In this document: piece by piece, positions 1-13,600 of the stretch
Numbering within the stretch: the stretch's first letter is position 1
Layout of the letters: the number at the start of each line of letters is the position of its first letter
Assembly (NCBI GenBank): GCA_973895155.1
Contig: OZ316891.1
Location: 4,559,708-4,623,707, forward strand
Origin: Marsupella aquatica
Lineage: Eukaryota > Plantae > Marchantiophyta
Length of the DNA: 64,000 nucleotides
Direction of reading: 5' to 3'
Notes under the pieces: model-generated
Databases searched by the model: none
What the model saw: the letters and a program-made list of their open reading frames with translations, nothing else
What the model was told of the DNA's origin: nothing
Translations under genes and position numbers: made by a program

Positions 1-589
1 TACCAACCCTACACGACAGTTTAACGATTAGGACTCGTGAAGTATTATATTCGCTGCGCAAGGGTAGGACTTGTTTATTTAAATATGTCCTTACAAGACG
101 CGCCTCAATGCAAAGGTCGAAACACTCATCGTGAAAGGTTCACCCAAGGGTCTTCGTTCCAAATCTTACAACAGAAGTGAGCCTATTTGTGGTACTTGTT
201 GTCAAGACGACGACAACAATAGTTACAAGAAAACTCCAAAGAATGTAAACACGCCATTAACATCAACCTCGAACAAATTGGAACTCCTGCATCATTCATT
301 CCGCAGAATTCAATGCGGAGAGGATTCTGCCTATCTCCAGGATCAGTACCACCCATCCACAATGCTCCTATATCGATGGGGAGAACTCTAAGTCGCACGA
401 GTCTCTTGTACAACCGGCGTGCACATTTGACACGATTTTCAAGGAAGACAGCCATTTTTCACAATACCTGTTGTCCACGGAGTGCAATCGACCTTCCGTT
501 GTGCCTCCTAAACCCGGCAACACTGCGACATCAGAGATGAAGATGAGTCTCCAAACAAAACAAAGGAAAATGATTCTCACAGGAGGATG

Positions 590-1209
590 CGATAAGTTTA
601 TCGCACTCCACATTCGAATTGAAAATATGACTTCCTCAGACACCTAAGCCCTGAATTCAATCTTTCACAAAAATGACAACTTCGATAAATTTATCGGATT
701 CTCAATTACTCCTCTTTCCATGAAAGGAATGAAGACTCCGATAAATTTATCGAAATGAAGGCAACACCTCTCTAAACACTGGATCAAATGATTGCAACAG
801 AGGAATGCAGAATGCGATACATTTATCGCTCGGATCTGGACATTTTACACTAAATGACTAGTTAGTCTTACATGGAGAACTTGAATAGGAATGGCTGTTC
901 CGATAAATTTATCGGGTTTTCGGTAGAAAGAGTCGAATTGCTTGGGAGGAATGTAAGACTTGATGGGAGTTTGGTATTTGCTCTCAGTCAAGAGATATTT
1001 GCTCTGGCGAAAGCAAACGTTTTATGGGCAGCCCGCTCCTCTTTATATAGGAGACGCTCTAAACCATGGTTAATTTCCCCTTAACCATGGTTAAGTTTCC
1101 CTTTTACCTGGGTTAGTGCGTGGTCGTTCCTGGATTACAAGGTTCGGACCAAGTTACTCGCAGTTTGGACTTTTTCACTGACGGAATGTAAAACCCGATG
1201 CACGTATCG
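590..1209. repeat. Dispersed 14-bp palindrome CGATAAATTTATCG (family 1)
   Basis: Exact copies at 683, 739 and 901; variants at 590 (CGATAAGTTTATCG), 815 (CGATACATTTATCG) and 1196 (CGATGCACGTATCG). Not seen elsewhere in the window. Confidence 0.8.
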
Positions 1210-1619
1210 CTCCCTGCATTCCCGCGGTGATGCAATGGAGGAAAGTGGCATTTCGGAGAGTTTTTGCCAATTTTATCGGTCATTGCATTGCCTTAGAAAA
1301 AAAATGGGATCGGGCTAAACGAGAACTCCAACACACTTCTCGGTCGGTCCAAAATCGTGTTTAGAGTCAAATATTCAAAATTGTATGTACCAAATGATGA
1401 AAAATTGTTACTGTCCATACCATTAGAGTCAAATATTCAAAACTGTATACATGTAGCAAATGATGAAAATTGTTACTCGATAGTGGATGTGGAGTTCCAC
1501 GAAAGAAGCCGGCCACAATCTCGTTATGGTGACTAAACTTACAGTCACTGATGGATATGTGGGGCTTCGTTCTCTTGCGAACCCCTGGAGGTGGCCATGG
1601 TCTTTTGAACGCTTCCCGC

Positions 1620-1687
1620 ACCTGTAGTGTATCTGATTCTGCTCTACCAGAACACCTGTAGTGTATCTGATTCTGCTCTACCAGAAG
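1620..1687 (+). repeat. 34-bp perfect tandem duplication
   Basis: acctgtagtgtatctgattctgctctaccagaa is repeated back to back. Confidence 0.85.
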
Positions 1688-4600
1688 GTAACCGGTGTGT
1701 CATTGAAACATTCTTGAATGAAGTCTTTCATATCTGTGATATCCAGCAAAGTTGGATTATACGATAACAATCCGCGGTTTGTTAGACTATAGCTGAATCT
1801 CAGGACTTACGTGTTACGCGACAACAATCAGCGGTTTGTTGAAGGAGTATCAAAAGCTAGTTTTATGGAACACGTTATGTGCGTAGTAGGAGTACTACTA
1901 CTACTACTACTGACTTGAGAGCCTGCCAAACTCTGTAGATGACAATGAGAGCCTGACTTGAGAGCCTGCCGAACTCTGTAGTGGCTAGCCGGACGAGAAC
2001 GTCTTGGACGTTTGTGGACTGGTGCTGCTCGGAAAGCTTGAAGTCTCAAACGAATTCATTGATGAGCAACCTGCCGAAGTACTATACTACTACTACTGGT
2101 GCTACCTGCTGTACTTCCGTCCTTGCCCCACTCCTCGCCCTCTTTTGAGAAATGGAGAATGCCAAGTTGGTACGATGCGCCATCGACAGGTTAGATTTCT
2201 CAATTCTCGGATCGGGTGAGAGCGCTCAAAGCCGTGAGACGACTTCAGCCGGCGCTTGAAAGGAGCTTGAGAAGAACAATCAGACTAGAAGTTACCGAGA
2301 ATGGGCCATCAATTTCTTCCAGGATTGACGGGCGGAAGTGGCGGATTGGAGCCGTGGATCGATCGGACCCCACACAAGCGGACGTGAAAGTTGGAACTTC
2401 CACAGTGAGAAAATTATTTCATGGACCCTGCTCTTCAATCTATTCCTATCTTCTCAATCCCTTCCAGGCTTAGCTCCATATGGCAGTTCTGCAAAGAAAT
2501 CGTGTACAGTCAAAACTCGCAATCTTGTCTTCCTAGACTGCTGATTTTGATGACTGCCATGGTTGACACCTGACTTAACTAGACTAGTGTAAGTACCCGC
2601 CTGCAAATTTATTTGCTATTGTTGGTTGAGGTGAAGTGTGCTCGGACTGGGATGACTTGAGAGCATTCAATTACTGTTGCGCGGAGGCGATCCTTTCCAG
2701 AAAACTTCCTCTCCATTCAAGCGCAAAGGTAAACGTTCAAAGTGTTCTTAACAAAATTCTACGACTAAAGGTGGAAATCTGTTGCGAAGAACACCAAAGA
2801 ACAAGTAGACATGATTATAACAAATGTAGGATGACATATGCTTTGGCAAGTAAAAATGTCAAATAAAGAGAGGTCTAGCTAGGAGACGTACATACCGCAA
2901 GTAGGGTCATCAGGGAACGCTTGCCCGGAGGGTAGGGCCGTCAGTAAATGGGAGCATTTTTGGCAAAGATCAGTCGTAATGTTACAACGCCTTGGAGCCT
3001 GGACTTGAAGGGATCGATTGAAAGCACTTGGGGGTAGAAGGTACGCAGACAGAAGCACGTCCGGTATTGCTACTCCACACTAGCTTGCGATACCACGTCC
3101 GGTATTGTGGCTCAAAGAAACCTGGTCATTTTTATTCGAAAGAACTCAGCTTCTGAGTTGGGCATGGCACTAGAATCTCTCTAGTCTCAATTCTTTGCTT
3201 CCATTTGTGCCGGCAACCCAAGTCTGCCAAGCTGCTGTTATTAGAAAATCTGTAAACAACTAAAGTCAATTCCTTTTGCCCATGTCCGCCGTTGTATTTG
3301 AGCATCAACAGGTTCTTGACAGTAGCAACAAAACTCAAAAAAAAATGTGCACTTTGCAGGGGCTACGTACTGCAGTCAAAAGCAAACTGGAACAAGATCA
3401 TCTACGATCAAAATAGGCAGAGAAAGGCGAGGAGTCAACGAAACCTCATAAACGGCTAAGGCTGGGCACAAAGAAGATCGAGTTTTTGCAAGGGAATGCA
3501 GTACAAGACGAACAACTCTCAATAGAGAATGCTTCCAAGAAAGCTGAAGAATTGCAGGAGAAGCTGAGAACGGTTCACAGGTGGCATTACCTCAGCAATG
3601 TGGAAACGCTTGTTCACAAAAGGTGTCGATGTCTCCTCCAGCTCGCCTTGCACCTCACAATCAATACCTGTTTGACCGTGGAAAATCTGCAGGGGCTTTA
3701 CCCGGGGCTTTACGATCAGTATTAACATATCCGAGAAGTTGTCATGCCAAATCCGTGCTCATCTTGAAGGTCATTCCCATCGGGTAGCTCTGAAGTTGAT
3801 GGCCATACACTTCCCTCCTAGATAAACAATAAGCCAACATGTCAGCGACCCAAATCATGTCGTTTGCATTATATATTTGCAAACACATGGAGCCGAGCCT
3901 AATGAAATCATAATGGCGCCCTGTCAGACTCAGAACCTCAAGCCAGAGCGTTGCTTGTAACTATTTACTATCTACCATTCACTGCATTGATTGTGAGCCC
4001 GGACCTTGCAGGTTTTATGAAATATATTTGAGCGAACACCTGAGACGACAATCTGCTTGAACAGTGCACACAACCACAAACTCCATTGATTGGTGACATA
4101 GCTGCCACAATTGAGTCAAGCTCTTCTTCTAAATAATGTGTTTCATCCTGGCAGAAGTTCGGACGCGTACATAAAATTGAGATAGAACATAGACCCCTCC
4201 AAACTACAATCCAGGCATGAAAATCAATCACCAAAATTTAGAATACTGAAAATTCTCTAATCGCATTTTGAGAGCAGCCAGCGCAATTCATGAGGCACAA
4301 GAGCAGTTCATCAAGAACGATGCTAAATAAAGAAAGATCCAATACAGCTGCAAGAAAAGATGTTCAATGGAACAATCTACCAAAGGGAAGTCTAAGATTG
4401 TGAATCCACTATTGACGACAGAGCCTGGGAAAGGAAACTATTGACAGACACAGCTTAGAGAAGTAAATACGAGGACCATCCCCTACCTTCCAAAGCAGCG
4501 CGGTCTTCCTTCCAAAAACGCTCTTCTTTGTCCCTTCAAAGTGGCGCCAGCATTCCAAGAAGGCGCTAGTATCCCCAACATCATGTTCAAACACTCCCTA

Positions 4601-7600
4601 GCATCACTTCAAACACTCCCTTGATCTAGGGCGCTCAATACCCATAAAAGAAATCTTGGCCGTCTATTAAATTCTCCAAAAGTGTGCTTATTATAGGCAT
4701 GTATTTGGGCACATATTAAACCATGTCCACTCTACAATGTCTAGAGATCCTGTACCAATCCGATGTTGACGTGTGGCAAGCCCATATTACATACCCTTGC
4801 AAAATGCGACTTGGGATATTTTTTTAATAACCCCTATATTGATTATAATCAAAAACATCATTAAATAGGGGCTTCTTAGGTTATAACAATTATAACAATT
4901 AGTTGAAAATGGGATTAAAAAACCCCTTGAGCTGTTCGCACGAGGGTCCCTAAATTAGTTAAGCTAAGGGCCCAAGGGTTATGACCGTTTTCTTCCCTCA
5001 CTCGGAATACTAGCGCCGGGCGCTATTATAAACAAGTTCCCGTGAAGTAGATAATTGGGATGATTGTCATGGCAGCGCCCGACGCTAGTAAAAATAACAA
5101 CTATAGAATAGGTCTGAAATGGTGTCTCCAGTAAATAAATTTCATGAAAACAACCACATATTTGAAGAAATGTTTAATGTTTTAATGGTTTTTGGGAAAC
5201 ATTACTTGCATCCTATACTAGCGCCCGACGCTAGTGATAACGGGTATTTTTCATCCATAGTTTTAAAATAATTCACATTTTCATTGATCATTTAAATCAA
5301 ATTATTCCATAGTATTGATGGATATCTGGAGGGTTTTTCATATACTAGCGCCGGGCGCTAGTATGAAATATCGAGATTTGGGGCATATTATGTTTGAGAT
5401 ATTTTAGTTAGCGCCAGGCGCTACTCAAATTGTTCCAACTATACAATATCTTAGAGTCTGTTAAAGATTTTTGTGGTGTCTTTTTTGGCATTATGTACGT
5501 GTCTGACATCCAGACTTATCGGGGAAAAACGACAAAATTCATTTATGGCGCCAACGGATCCTATGTCGACTATGTTTTATGTCTTACACAAACAGATATG
5601 TTAACATGAAGTTCCCATGTTCGACTGATATAAGCTCCATATTACCATAGACTTTTCTTCCTCGAAACATTACAGCCCTTGTTATTTGTTTTCGATTGCA
5701 ATGTCTCGGTCCATCGTTCTATCCCAATTCGGGACTGGGGATATTGTGACCATCCCCGTCCCTGTGGAAGACACGTTTAAGCAGGTCATGGAGAGATACC
5801 TTTGCGGGAGATTTGATTTGAAGATGAATGATATTGAGGCCATTCTTTGAGAGCTCGAAACCAGTGATGACATCGAAGATGTAGCAACATTCAATGTGGA
5901 TGATGGTGAACGGTTTTGGCATCTATACGCGGGGATTTTGTACTCACTTCGAGTAAGACACCATGAAGGACTGTCCAATGTCCCCCAAGTTCCATTTGAT
6001 GTTACAAGTCAAGATTTCTTCTAGTGAAGATGGGGATCACACTCCAAGTCCTACGTTGAAAATGAAAGTCTCGCAACGTGTTGTTGTTAAAGGTGAGACT
6101 CCAAGAAGCTCCAACCAGTTGGACGTCGTGTATCGGCGCAGTGCGATGGATACGTTACTCAAATCCACTGGTCATAGCGAGTTATCGAGGTTCATATCAG
6201 CGGGTGATTTCAGACATGAGCAAGTCTCCTGTCTACCAACTCAATATAATGGGAACGTCGTGTTTGAATTGCCACCAATTGACAAGATGCTCTCTAAAGG
6301 CTCTAGGCTTAGGGACATGGACCGTGCCAAAGTTTGCTACATTTGGACACGCATATTTCCAACTACCGCAAACGTCCAGCCGAAAAAACTTTGGCAATTC
6401 GGTAAGGTTACCTGTACGGGATTCATTGAATGTCGGAACAAGTCCTGTGAGTACTTCCAAAGGAAGAAGGCAAATGCTAAGGCATGGCAGGGTACTCCAA
6501 AGCTTAGTGGTCAGTATGCTGTCGGATCTTTTCTTGAAGAGGGCGGTGTTGTGTGTCATTATTGTGATCAGATTCCTTTTTGTGTCAAGTACTGCCCTGC
6601 CCGTTTGTTCTATATGTACCCGCAAGTATTACTTGATGCGGAAACATGTAGTCATATGTCCCACCTGGCGATTCATATAGGTGAGCATAACCATCCAGGT
6701 AGAAAAACCTTCTATAGGAGTGCGGAGAAGATGGCTGAGGATTTAATTAAAAAAAATCATGAAGCCAATCCTCTGGCAAAACCAGCTGGGATCTTGAATT
6801 CTGCTACAGGGTCCATAGTGAAAGCTCTCTGCGAACATGTTGACGGCATGGTCGATATCGAAGAAACTGAAATATGGAAGTCTTTGATGGTACTTTCCAC
6901 TCCCCAAAAGTTTGCATCTCTTTGTCGAAGCGTTAGGATAGACCAAAAGGGTCGGGGTGAACTTGATTTTCTCTCACAAATGCAGAAGAAGATTAAACTG
7001 TCATTTCTCCAGAGGTATTTTCTCCCGAGTTAGGGATGTCAAGAGGACAGGCCTCACATCTTTAAAATGACCACGAAGGGTCACGGTTCCGGTGTGGATC
7101 TTTTGAGACAGATGCAACCTGGTGGAAGACTTGAAGGAGCCTGGGTCAATTTCGATGTGATGCAGCGTATCACAACCGATTGGTTTACTTTTAGCGCGCA
7201 TGTCTACGACCATAACTTCCGTGCACTTTGTACAATTTTCACATGCGAGTTGAAAGGTGAAGACACTAAGTCTTTCAAAAAGGCTTGGAGAGTTATGATT
7301 GAGGTTTGCAAGGAGAATGGATTACATGAGGTTGTCATCCAAGGGTTTATGGCGGACAATGCACAAGCTGGATGGAATGCTGTGCGGAATGTTTTTTTTG
7401 GTGGACACCCAGACCCGGAGAGGGAGCGCTCTGATGCATTTCACTTTTATCAATCTTTCCATCAGCATTCCAAGGAAGGAGTACTCGAAGAATGTCAATT
7501 GGAACATCGGAGACTTTGGGAGAAACTAAGAAATGCTCCAACGTTTGTGGTAGCCTATCGTGTGTCCAGAGAGATTGTGGTTTGGTGGCAATAAGGAAAT

Positions 7601-7781
7601 TGTGTCCCTGGAAAGCTCATGATGCTACAAAGCTGGATATCCTGGTGGGTTGTTCAATGGCACCAGTGGGGAAATTTTATTCGAGTGGTATGACATCCAT
7701 CTCCTCTCTTGTCTTTCATTTCCATCAACTTTATATTAGCGCCAGGCGCTAGTATGATTTGCTCGTATTTCCTTGGAATGG

Positions 7782-10551
7782 TTTTTTTTATAAATTTTAA
7801 TACCGTGAAAGACCCCACGGATAGGGGGAACAATAGCCCTTAATACAAGGACAGCAACAGCACACTAGCGAGCCACAAAGAGAGCCCAAAAGCACAAAAG
7901 AGAGCATCAAAGCCCCAGGGAGAGCCCCCCCTCAAAGAAGGGAAATAACACCGATCAAGAGAGCACCCATGCCCTTCCCACAGTAGCCCCCCAAAAAGCA
8001 GACCCCTCAATCAGCAACGCCGCCGCTAGAGGGCACCAAGAGAATCCTGTCCCCACCCCGTCCCAGCCAGATTTGCCTCGTTCCCCGCAACCATTCCTGA
8101 GCCCGGTTCAACCGAGAGCGACGCCACCCAAAGCGTAAACCAGCCCCAACCGCATGGATGTGATTGGCAGTCTCAGCAAGCATCAGGCCCAAGTCAAATG
8201 AACGTCCCACCTTGTCAGAGAACATATGTTCATTTCTTCCCAGCCAAATCATCCAGAGAGTCTGATATACACAAAAGATCCTAGCAGTGTGAATAGGCTC
8301 CGGTCCTGTCGATGCATCAAGAATAGCCAGCAGACCACCTCCAATGGGTAAGCGAAGCTCCGTCAAAATCCTGTCACACATCCTCCAGCAACATGAGGCA
8401 TGGGAACATTCAATGAACAAATGTTGCATCGTCTCCAAGACCCCACAGCAAAGCTTGCAATTCCCAGTACCAGCCTGGATACGGAGGGCCCGTTGACCAG
8501 TAAACAATCCACCAACCAGGATCCGCCAGATAAAGGTTTTTGCCCTGCAGGAGAGGTCAGAAATCCACAGCTTCTTCCATCCAATGCACCATTCAATTTC
8601 CGACCGGTGTGAGGACCAGCACCTATTAAGCAGCACATGAAGGCTCATCTTGGGTCTCAAGAACTGGTAGACCCTGCAGTTGGTGATCTGAAAGTCCTTG
8701 AGAGGTTCTGCCCTGTCAGACCAGTGCCACTGTCTGGCCGGAGGATCCCTGTCCCACCTGCAGGCAGTTGACTCCCAAATTCTCCCTAGGAACGCTCTAG
8801 CCAGCCCTCTGTGCTCCCCCGTGAATCCTCGCAGCACCTGCCCCCTAAGCGGAAGGTCTTTCCAGCCCCCTGTCTCCACCGACCATCCGTCCTGAATTGA
8901 TCTCATTCCCAAGCGTCCACAAATAGCAGTGACTCCTACAATGTCCACATTTGGCAATGAATTGAAATCTACCATACATCTAATTGCATCGTTAATGCTC
9001 CAGTGTCCAGGGGCACCATATCTCCCAGGACAAAAAGCCAGATGGGCACGCAGCTCCTCCCAAGCCTTCCATAGACCACTTGTATACCTGAGACCACCGC
9101 CTGCCCTAGGAGTACAGAGCAGAAGCCTATCCTTGAACGTGTAATTGTTTCTTCTGATCACCTTGTAATTCAACCATCCCATTAAAGATAAGTTGGCTAC
9201 CAGCATCTTCGACCATTCCCTGTCTAGATACTCTAGGGCCTTAGTGAACCATTGTGATAATAATGCATTGGAGTGGCTTCTGAAGTCCTTGAATCCCAGG
9301 CCGCCCTCTATTTTTGGAAGTGTCATCTTGTCCCATGCCACCAGCGGAATTTTCTTCCCACCTGTAGGATTATATCCCCACAGAAAATCTCTACTGAGGG
9401 CAATGAGTTTCTTGGCCAGACCCGCTGAAGCCTTGAGGTGCATCACATGGTAGATTGGGATGGCCTGGAGCACGTGTTTGACCAATAAGGTTCGACCTGT
9501 GAAAGAGAGGAGCTTATTTGTCCAGGATGACAGTCGTGAGCTGATTTTATCTAGGCAGAATCTGTGCAGTTGCTCAGTCTTCAGCCCGGCCCCCAAGGGA
9601 GCGCCCAGATATTTCTGAACCTCCCCCATTGCACTCACTTGACAGCCAGAGTACAGCAGCCAATCCGGGATGACCTCAATTGCCAAGGGAATCACCACAG
9701 ATTTTCGTAGGTTCAGCTTTGCTCCAGAACCCATTTCATAACATGCAAGTGCAGTTTGTGCCTGGGTGAAAGCTTCCTCCGTGGCAGGAATGAACATTCC
9801 AACATCATCTGCGAATAATCTGTAGCATATTGTGAGTGTGTCCGTGATTGACAGTCCACTAAGTCTCCCAGCCTCCATCTCCGCAGCTAAGAAGTCCATC
9901 AGCGGTTGTGTCGAGATGACAAAAAGTAGGGGCGACAAGGGGCAGCCCTGTCTCACCCCCCTCTTAAGCTCAATCATACCTGTCGCAAAACCATTGACCA
10001 TTGCCTTCGAGAAAGATCCAGCCAACAGAGCCCGTACCAGTGTGATAAAGTGGCCACTTATTCCCAGTAAGTGCATTGTGTCCCATATGTATTCGTGATT
10101 CACCCTGTCAAAGGCCTTTTCGAAATCCAACTTCAAGAAAAGTGCCTCCGTCTTCTTGTGCTGTATCCAGTCACATGCGAGCCAGGCCAGTGAGATGTTT
10201 TCCAGAATGTGGCGCCCCTGTATAAATCCGGTCTGTTGGGGGCTGATTATCTTGTTCATGATTTCTTGTAACCGCAATGCCAGGATCTTAGCAATGACTT
10301 TGTACGTTGTGTTCAACATTGTAAGGGGACGCCAGTCCTTCAGTGATCTCTTATTAGGCTTCTTCGGAATGAGCTTTATTATCCCTTCTTTTAACGCACT
10401 ATCAATCTCTCCTGTCATCCAGAATTCTTGTATCATTTCCACCAAGTCCTGTCCCAGAAACTCCCAGCATGCGTGCAGTACTTCTGCCGTTAAGCCGTCT
10501 GGGCCAGGCGATTTGCTCGTATTTGAGTCCAACATATCCATAAAGTTCTAG
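7782..10551 (-). mobile_element. 5'-truncated LINE (L1/Tx1-like non-LTR retrotransposon) in the MULE intron
   Basis: RT ORF beginning at the KSPGPDG motif, no endonuclease, about 220 bp of 3' UTR, and a T-run at 7782-7789 (poly-A on the minus strand). No convincing TSD. Confidence 0.9.
8007..10541 (-). CDS. LINE ORF2 fragment: reverse transcriptase plus zf-RVT
   Basis: Uninterrupted 844-aa frame with KSPGPDG, WRPLTMLN, LDFEKAFDRV, RQGCPLSP, FADD, KYLG and CKLC...ETMQHLFIEC motifs. Confidence 0.92.
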   Translation of the reverse strand: MDMLDSNTSKSPGPDGLTAEVLHACWEFLGQDLVEMIQEFWMTGEIDSALKEGIIKLIPKKPNKRSLKDWRPLTMLNTTYKVIAKILALRLQEIMNKIISPQQTGFIQGRHILENISLAWLACDWIQHKKTEALFLKLDFEKAFDRVNHEYIWDTMHLLGISGHFITLVRALLAGSFSKAMVNGFATGMIELKRGVRQGCPLSPLLFVISTQPLMDFLAAEMEAGRLSGLSITDTLTICYRLFADDVGMFIPATEEAFTQAQTALACYEMGSGAKLNLRKSVVIPLAIEVIPDWLLYSGCQVSAMGEVQKYLGAPLGAGLKTEQLHRFCLDKISSRLSSWTNKLLSFTGRTLLVKHVLQAIPIYHVMHLKASAGLAKKLIALSRDFLWGYNPTGGKKIPLVAWDKMTLPKIEGGLGFKDFRSHSNALLSQWFTKALEYLDREWSKMLVANLSLMGWLNYKVIRRNNYTFKDRLLLCTPRAGGGLRYTSGLWKAWEELRAHLAFCPGRYGAPGHWSINDAIRCMVDFNSLPNVDIVGVTAICGRLGMRSIQDGWSVETGGWKDLPLRGQVLRGFTGEHRGLARAFLGRIWESTACRWDRDPPARQWHWSDRAEPLKDFQITNCRVYQFLRPKMSLHVLLNRCWSSHRSEIEWCIGWKKLWISDLSCRAKTFIWRILVGGLFTGQRALRIQAGTGNCKLCCGVLETMQHLFIECSHASCCWRMCDRILTELRLPIGGGLLAILDASTGPEPIHTARIFCVYQTLWMIWLGRNEHMFSDKVGRSFDLGLMLAETANHIHAVGAGLRFGWRRSRLNRAQEWLRGTRQIWLGRGGDRILLVPSSGGVAD

Positions 10552-10679
10552 AATCATACTTGCAATTGTATTTCACGTATGTTATAAATACTTGTCGGTG
10601 TCAACGCCGGGCGCTGGTAATACAATGCTAATACTGATTATTGCATTTGGACTATGGCAGAGCAAAAGCGCAGAAGAAG

Positions 10680-13600
10680 TGTGGTGCGTCCCATGGCTCC
10701 CTAAACCCCAGAAACCCCCCTTCACAAGCCGATTCCTGCGGGTTTCACGCTTGGCGAGACCGTTTCCGCGGCTTAGTGGCATGGGACGCTGCTAACCTCC
10801 TTCTACTACTACTATTAACATTTTACACACATATACTGGACAGATCCTTCATCGGGTCATGAGATACATAGCCGGCCTAATCTAGGCCTTCCCTTGTCTT
10901 CCCCTCCGTCTTGTTAGGTATATTTGGATTCCGCCGCCGGAATGATCCCCAATAGGCTTGGTTAAGCCACTAAGACCTCTCTCAGCTCGACACATCCAAC
11001 TCTCACTCTCTTGCTTACTTTCCTTCCTCTATTAGTTGATGTGGGCACTCTTCACACAAGTTAATGCGACACACAAATAGCAAAATGACTCCTTCTGACT
11101 GAGTCATACCATGCACTTGCCATACAAACAGTACATCTCATACACAAGCTCTACGAACTAAGCCATGAGGCCAACTCTATTCAGCTCTTAGGCATGAGGA
11201 AACATGAATATACACAAGGGTCACTGTATGACTAACCGAGAGCTTCTCTTACTACTTGATCCCAGCCCGTCTGGTGCAACTAAAAACTTGCTAAAGAAGA
11301 GGCCCTGAGCTCCCCGCTGCCCAGGTACTTATCCTGGTAGTGGATCCGCCTAATTCCTTGCAGCGTAAGCTTTAATCTACCTAACTGAATCTACCTATGT
11401 ACAGCGAGACAGGAGTACAAGTGTTGCTCTTACCAGTGGAACCGCAATCCCACTAAGCTAAGTGTCAGGGCCGCCTCCTGGTCCTGATCCTAATCCTAAA
11501 CTTAGAGATCTGAGCCCGTCCTACCCACTCACGCCTCCTCCCTCCACGTCCGCCCTCCTTGAAAGGAGCGGCCCTCCACCACCGTCATGGCAGCGGTGGC
11601 TATTCCTCAGTGGACGCCCCCAACGCTTCCACCTCAGCCACTGCCGTAGGTTCATTCTCTGACAGATTACTTGCCCTTGACTGAGTCAACTCTCCATCGG
11701 CCTGACTGGATCCATCCCCGGCAACGGCATCGGCTTCAACATCAGCCTCGGCTACGGCCTCAGCCACGGCTACAGCCTCCCTTGCACACTCAAGTGGCGG
11801 ATTGGGTACCTCGGCTTCATTACCGAGTATCCTGGCCTCGGCTTTGTCATCCCCTTCTTCTAGGGTAGTTGGATCCTCTACCGTAACCCTGCCTGAGGTC
11901 GGTGCTGGGTTTACCTCCTTGGTCACCACGGCCTGTGGAGCCGTATTACTCCCTGACCCTGAAGGTTTCCACTTCTTCTTCTTTTCTGGTTCGGCAGCTG
12001 GCCCCTTCCCCTTCCCACTTACTTTCGGCACTAGTGCAAATGGCGCGGCTTGTCCTTCGGCCAATACCACTCCTGGTAACTTAGTGGCCTCAATTTGAGT
12101 TGGCCCTGATGAAGCCAAGCACTTAAATACTGCGGCTTGTTTCTTCAGCCGCTCCGTTTGGTTGTCGGCTCATCGTTGTAAGTTCTCTAGCTTCCGCGTG
12201 CTTTCCTCCAACTCTTCCTGCACTTCGTCCAGGTCCTTGCGCGCCTCCTCCAGCTCCTCTTGGGCTTCCTCCAATTCCTGTTTAAACGCAGCTCTTTCCT
12301 CCCGGGTTGCTCTTAACTCCTTGTCGAGCTCTGCAATGATGACAGACTCCATCTGGTTCATCTTGGCGTAAGTCTGATCGAGCATATTGTCCTTCTCACG
12401 CAGGTCGGCCTTGAAGCTGGCCGTCAGGGATGCAAGCTCCTACTGCAGCACAATAATCCCTTGATAGGATTTCCCCAACTCGGCCTCCTTCTTCTCAAGG
12501 GCTCCGCGGATAACCTCGAGCTCCCCCTTCAATGCCCTTTCCCTTCTCTGGGTCTCCACTCTGGCCCGGTTGTTGGCGGTTATGTGGGCCTCCTCTGCAT
12601 CCCTCAGCTCTCGCTTCCACTTCTCCCACTCCTTGATTGCATCGGCCAACTCTTCTTGGGTTCGAGTCAATTTATTCTCGATAATCCGATTATCAGACTG
12701 TGCGGTATCCAATTGGCCCTGCATTATATTTAGCTCATGCCGCTTAATCCGCAGCTCATCTTGGGCTTTCTTGGCCGCCCTCAGGTCTTTGATTTCGGCT
12801 TCCCTTGCCCTGAGGCGACGGATGACCTCGTCTTTCTTGGTTCTTTCCAAAGCCATCGCTTCTTCTAATTGGCGCTTCTCCAACATCTCCCTCTGAAAAA
12901 AGGGTCCTTGCTCCAACTCTTCCCCAAAGATGCTGAGCGCCAGCTCTCCACACATTTCCCCGTACTCCATGGCTCTATTTTTAGCATAGGTGGAGGAAGT
13001 AGAAGTCATCGGCATCATCCACCGCGGCCTGTGCTCCCAAGCCGCCTTGCGGATCTCTTCTATTGTGGCTGGAGGGATGCTTTGTTTTTCTGCAAGCCGC
13101 CTGATGTCCTCTGGCCATTCTCCTCCTGGTAAATCCTTTTCCCTAGCCAGGGTTGCCTCCTCTTCCTCCCTGATTCGCTCCTGAAATTCCCGCGCCGTTT
13201 GTTTTATGCCGTCAAAGCTCGGGGGAGCGACATCTGGTGGGGGAGACTCGGGGTTGCTCTGCTGGCTTGGGTCTCCTCGAACTACTCTTGGGAGCGTGGG
13301 GATGAACCGGCCACAGGTCCTTACTCCTGGAACATGATGATCCGACCCGTAGCCGGAGTCATCATTGCTGTAGTCCTCTACCGCCTCCTCCTCGGCTTGG
13401 ACTACCGACTTCTCCCGCTGTTCTCCTGGTTTTGTTGTGAACACGGCTTCACCTCTCACCGGTCTTGGTTCCTCCTCTGGCTTCCGTGTTGATCTCTTGT
13501 TCTCCTTGTCGTGGCCAGGAGCTACGGCCTGCTTCTCCTCGGCTTCGGGACTTGAGGCTCCGACATACATCCGGACTCCCGGCTCGTGTTCCGGCCTCCT

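Noticed and set aside
1800-4600. Short ORFs and exon-like minus-strand segments (e.g. 3668-3818)
   Set aside because: No recognisable protein family and no consistent frame could be assembled.
7770-10560. Target-site duplication for the LINE
   Set aside because: No convincing direct repeat at the two junctions.
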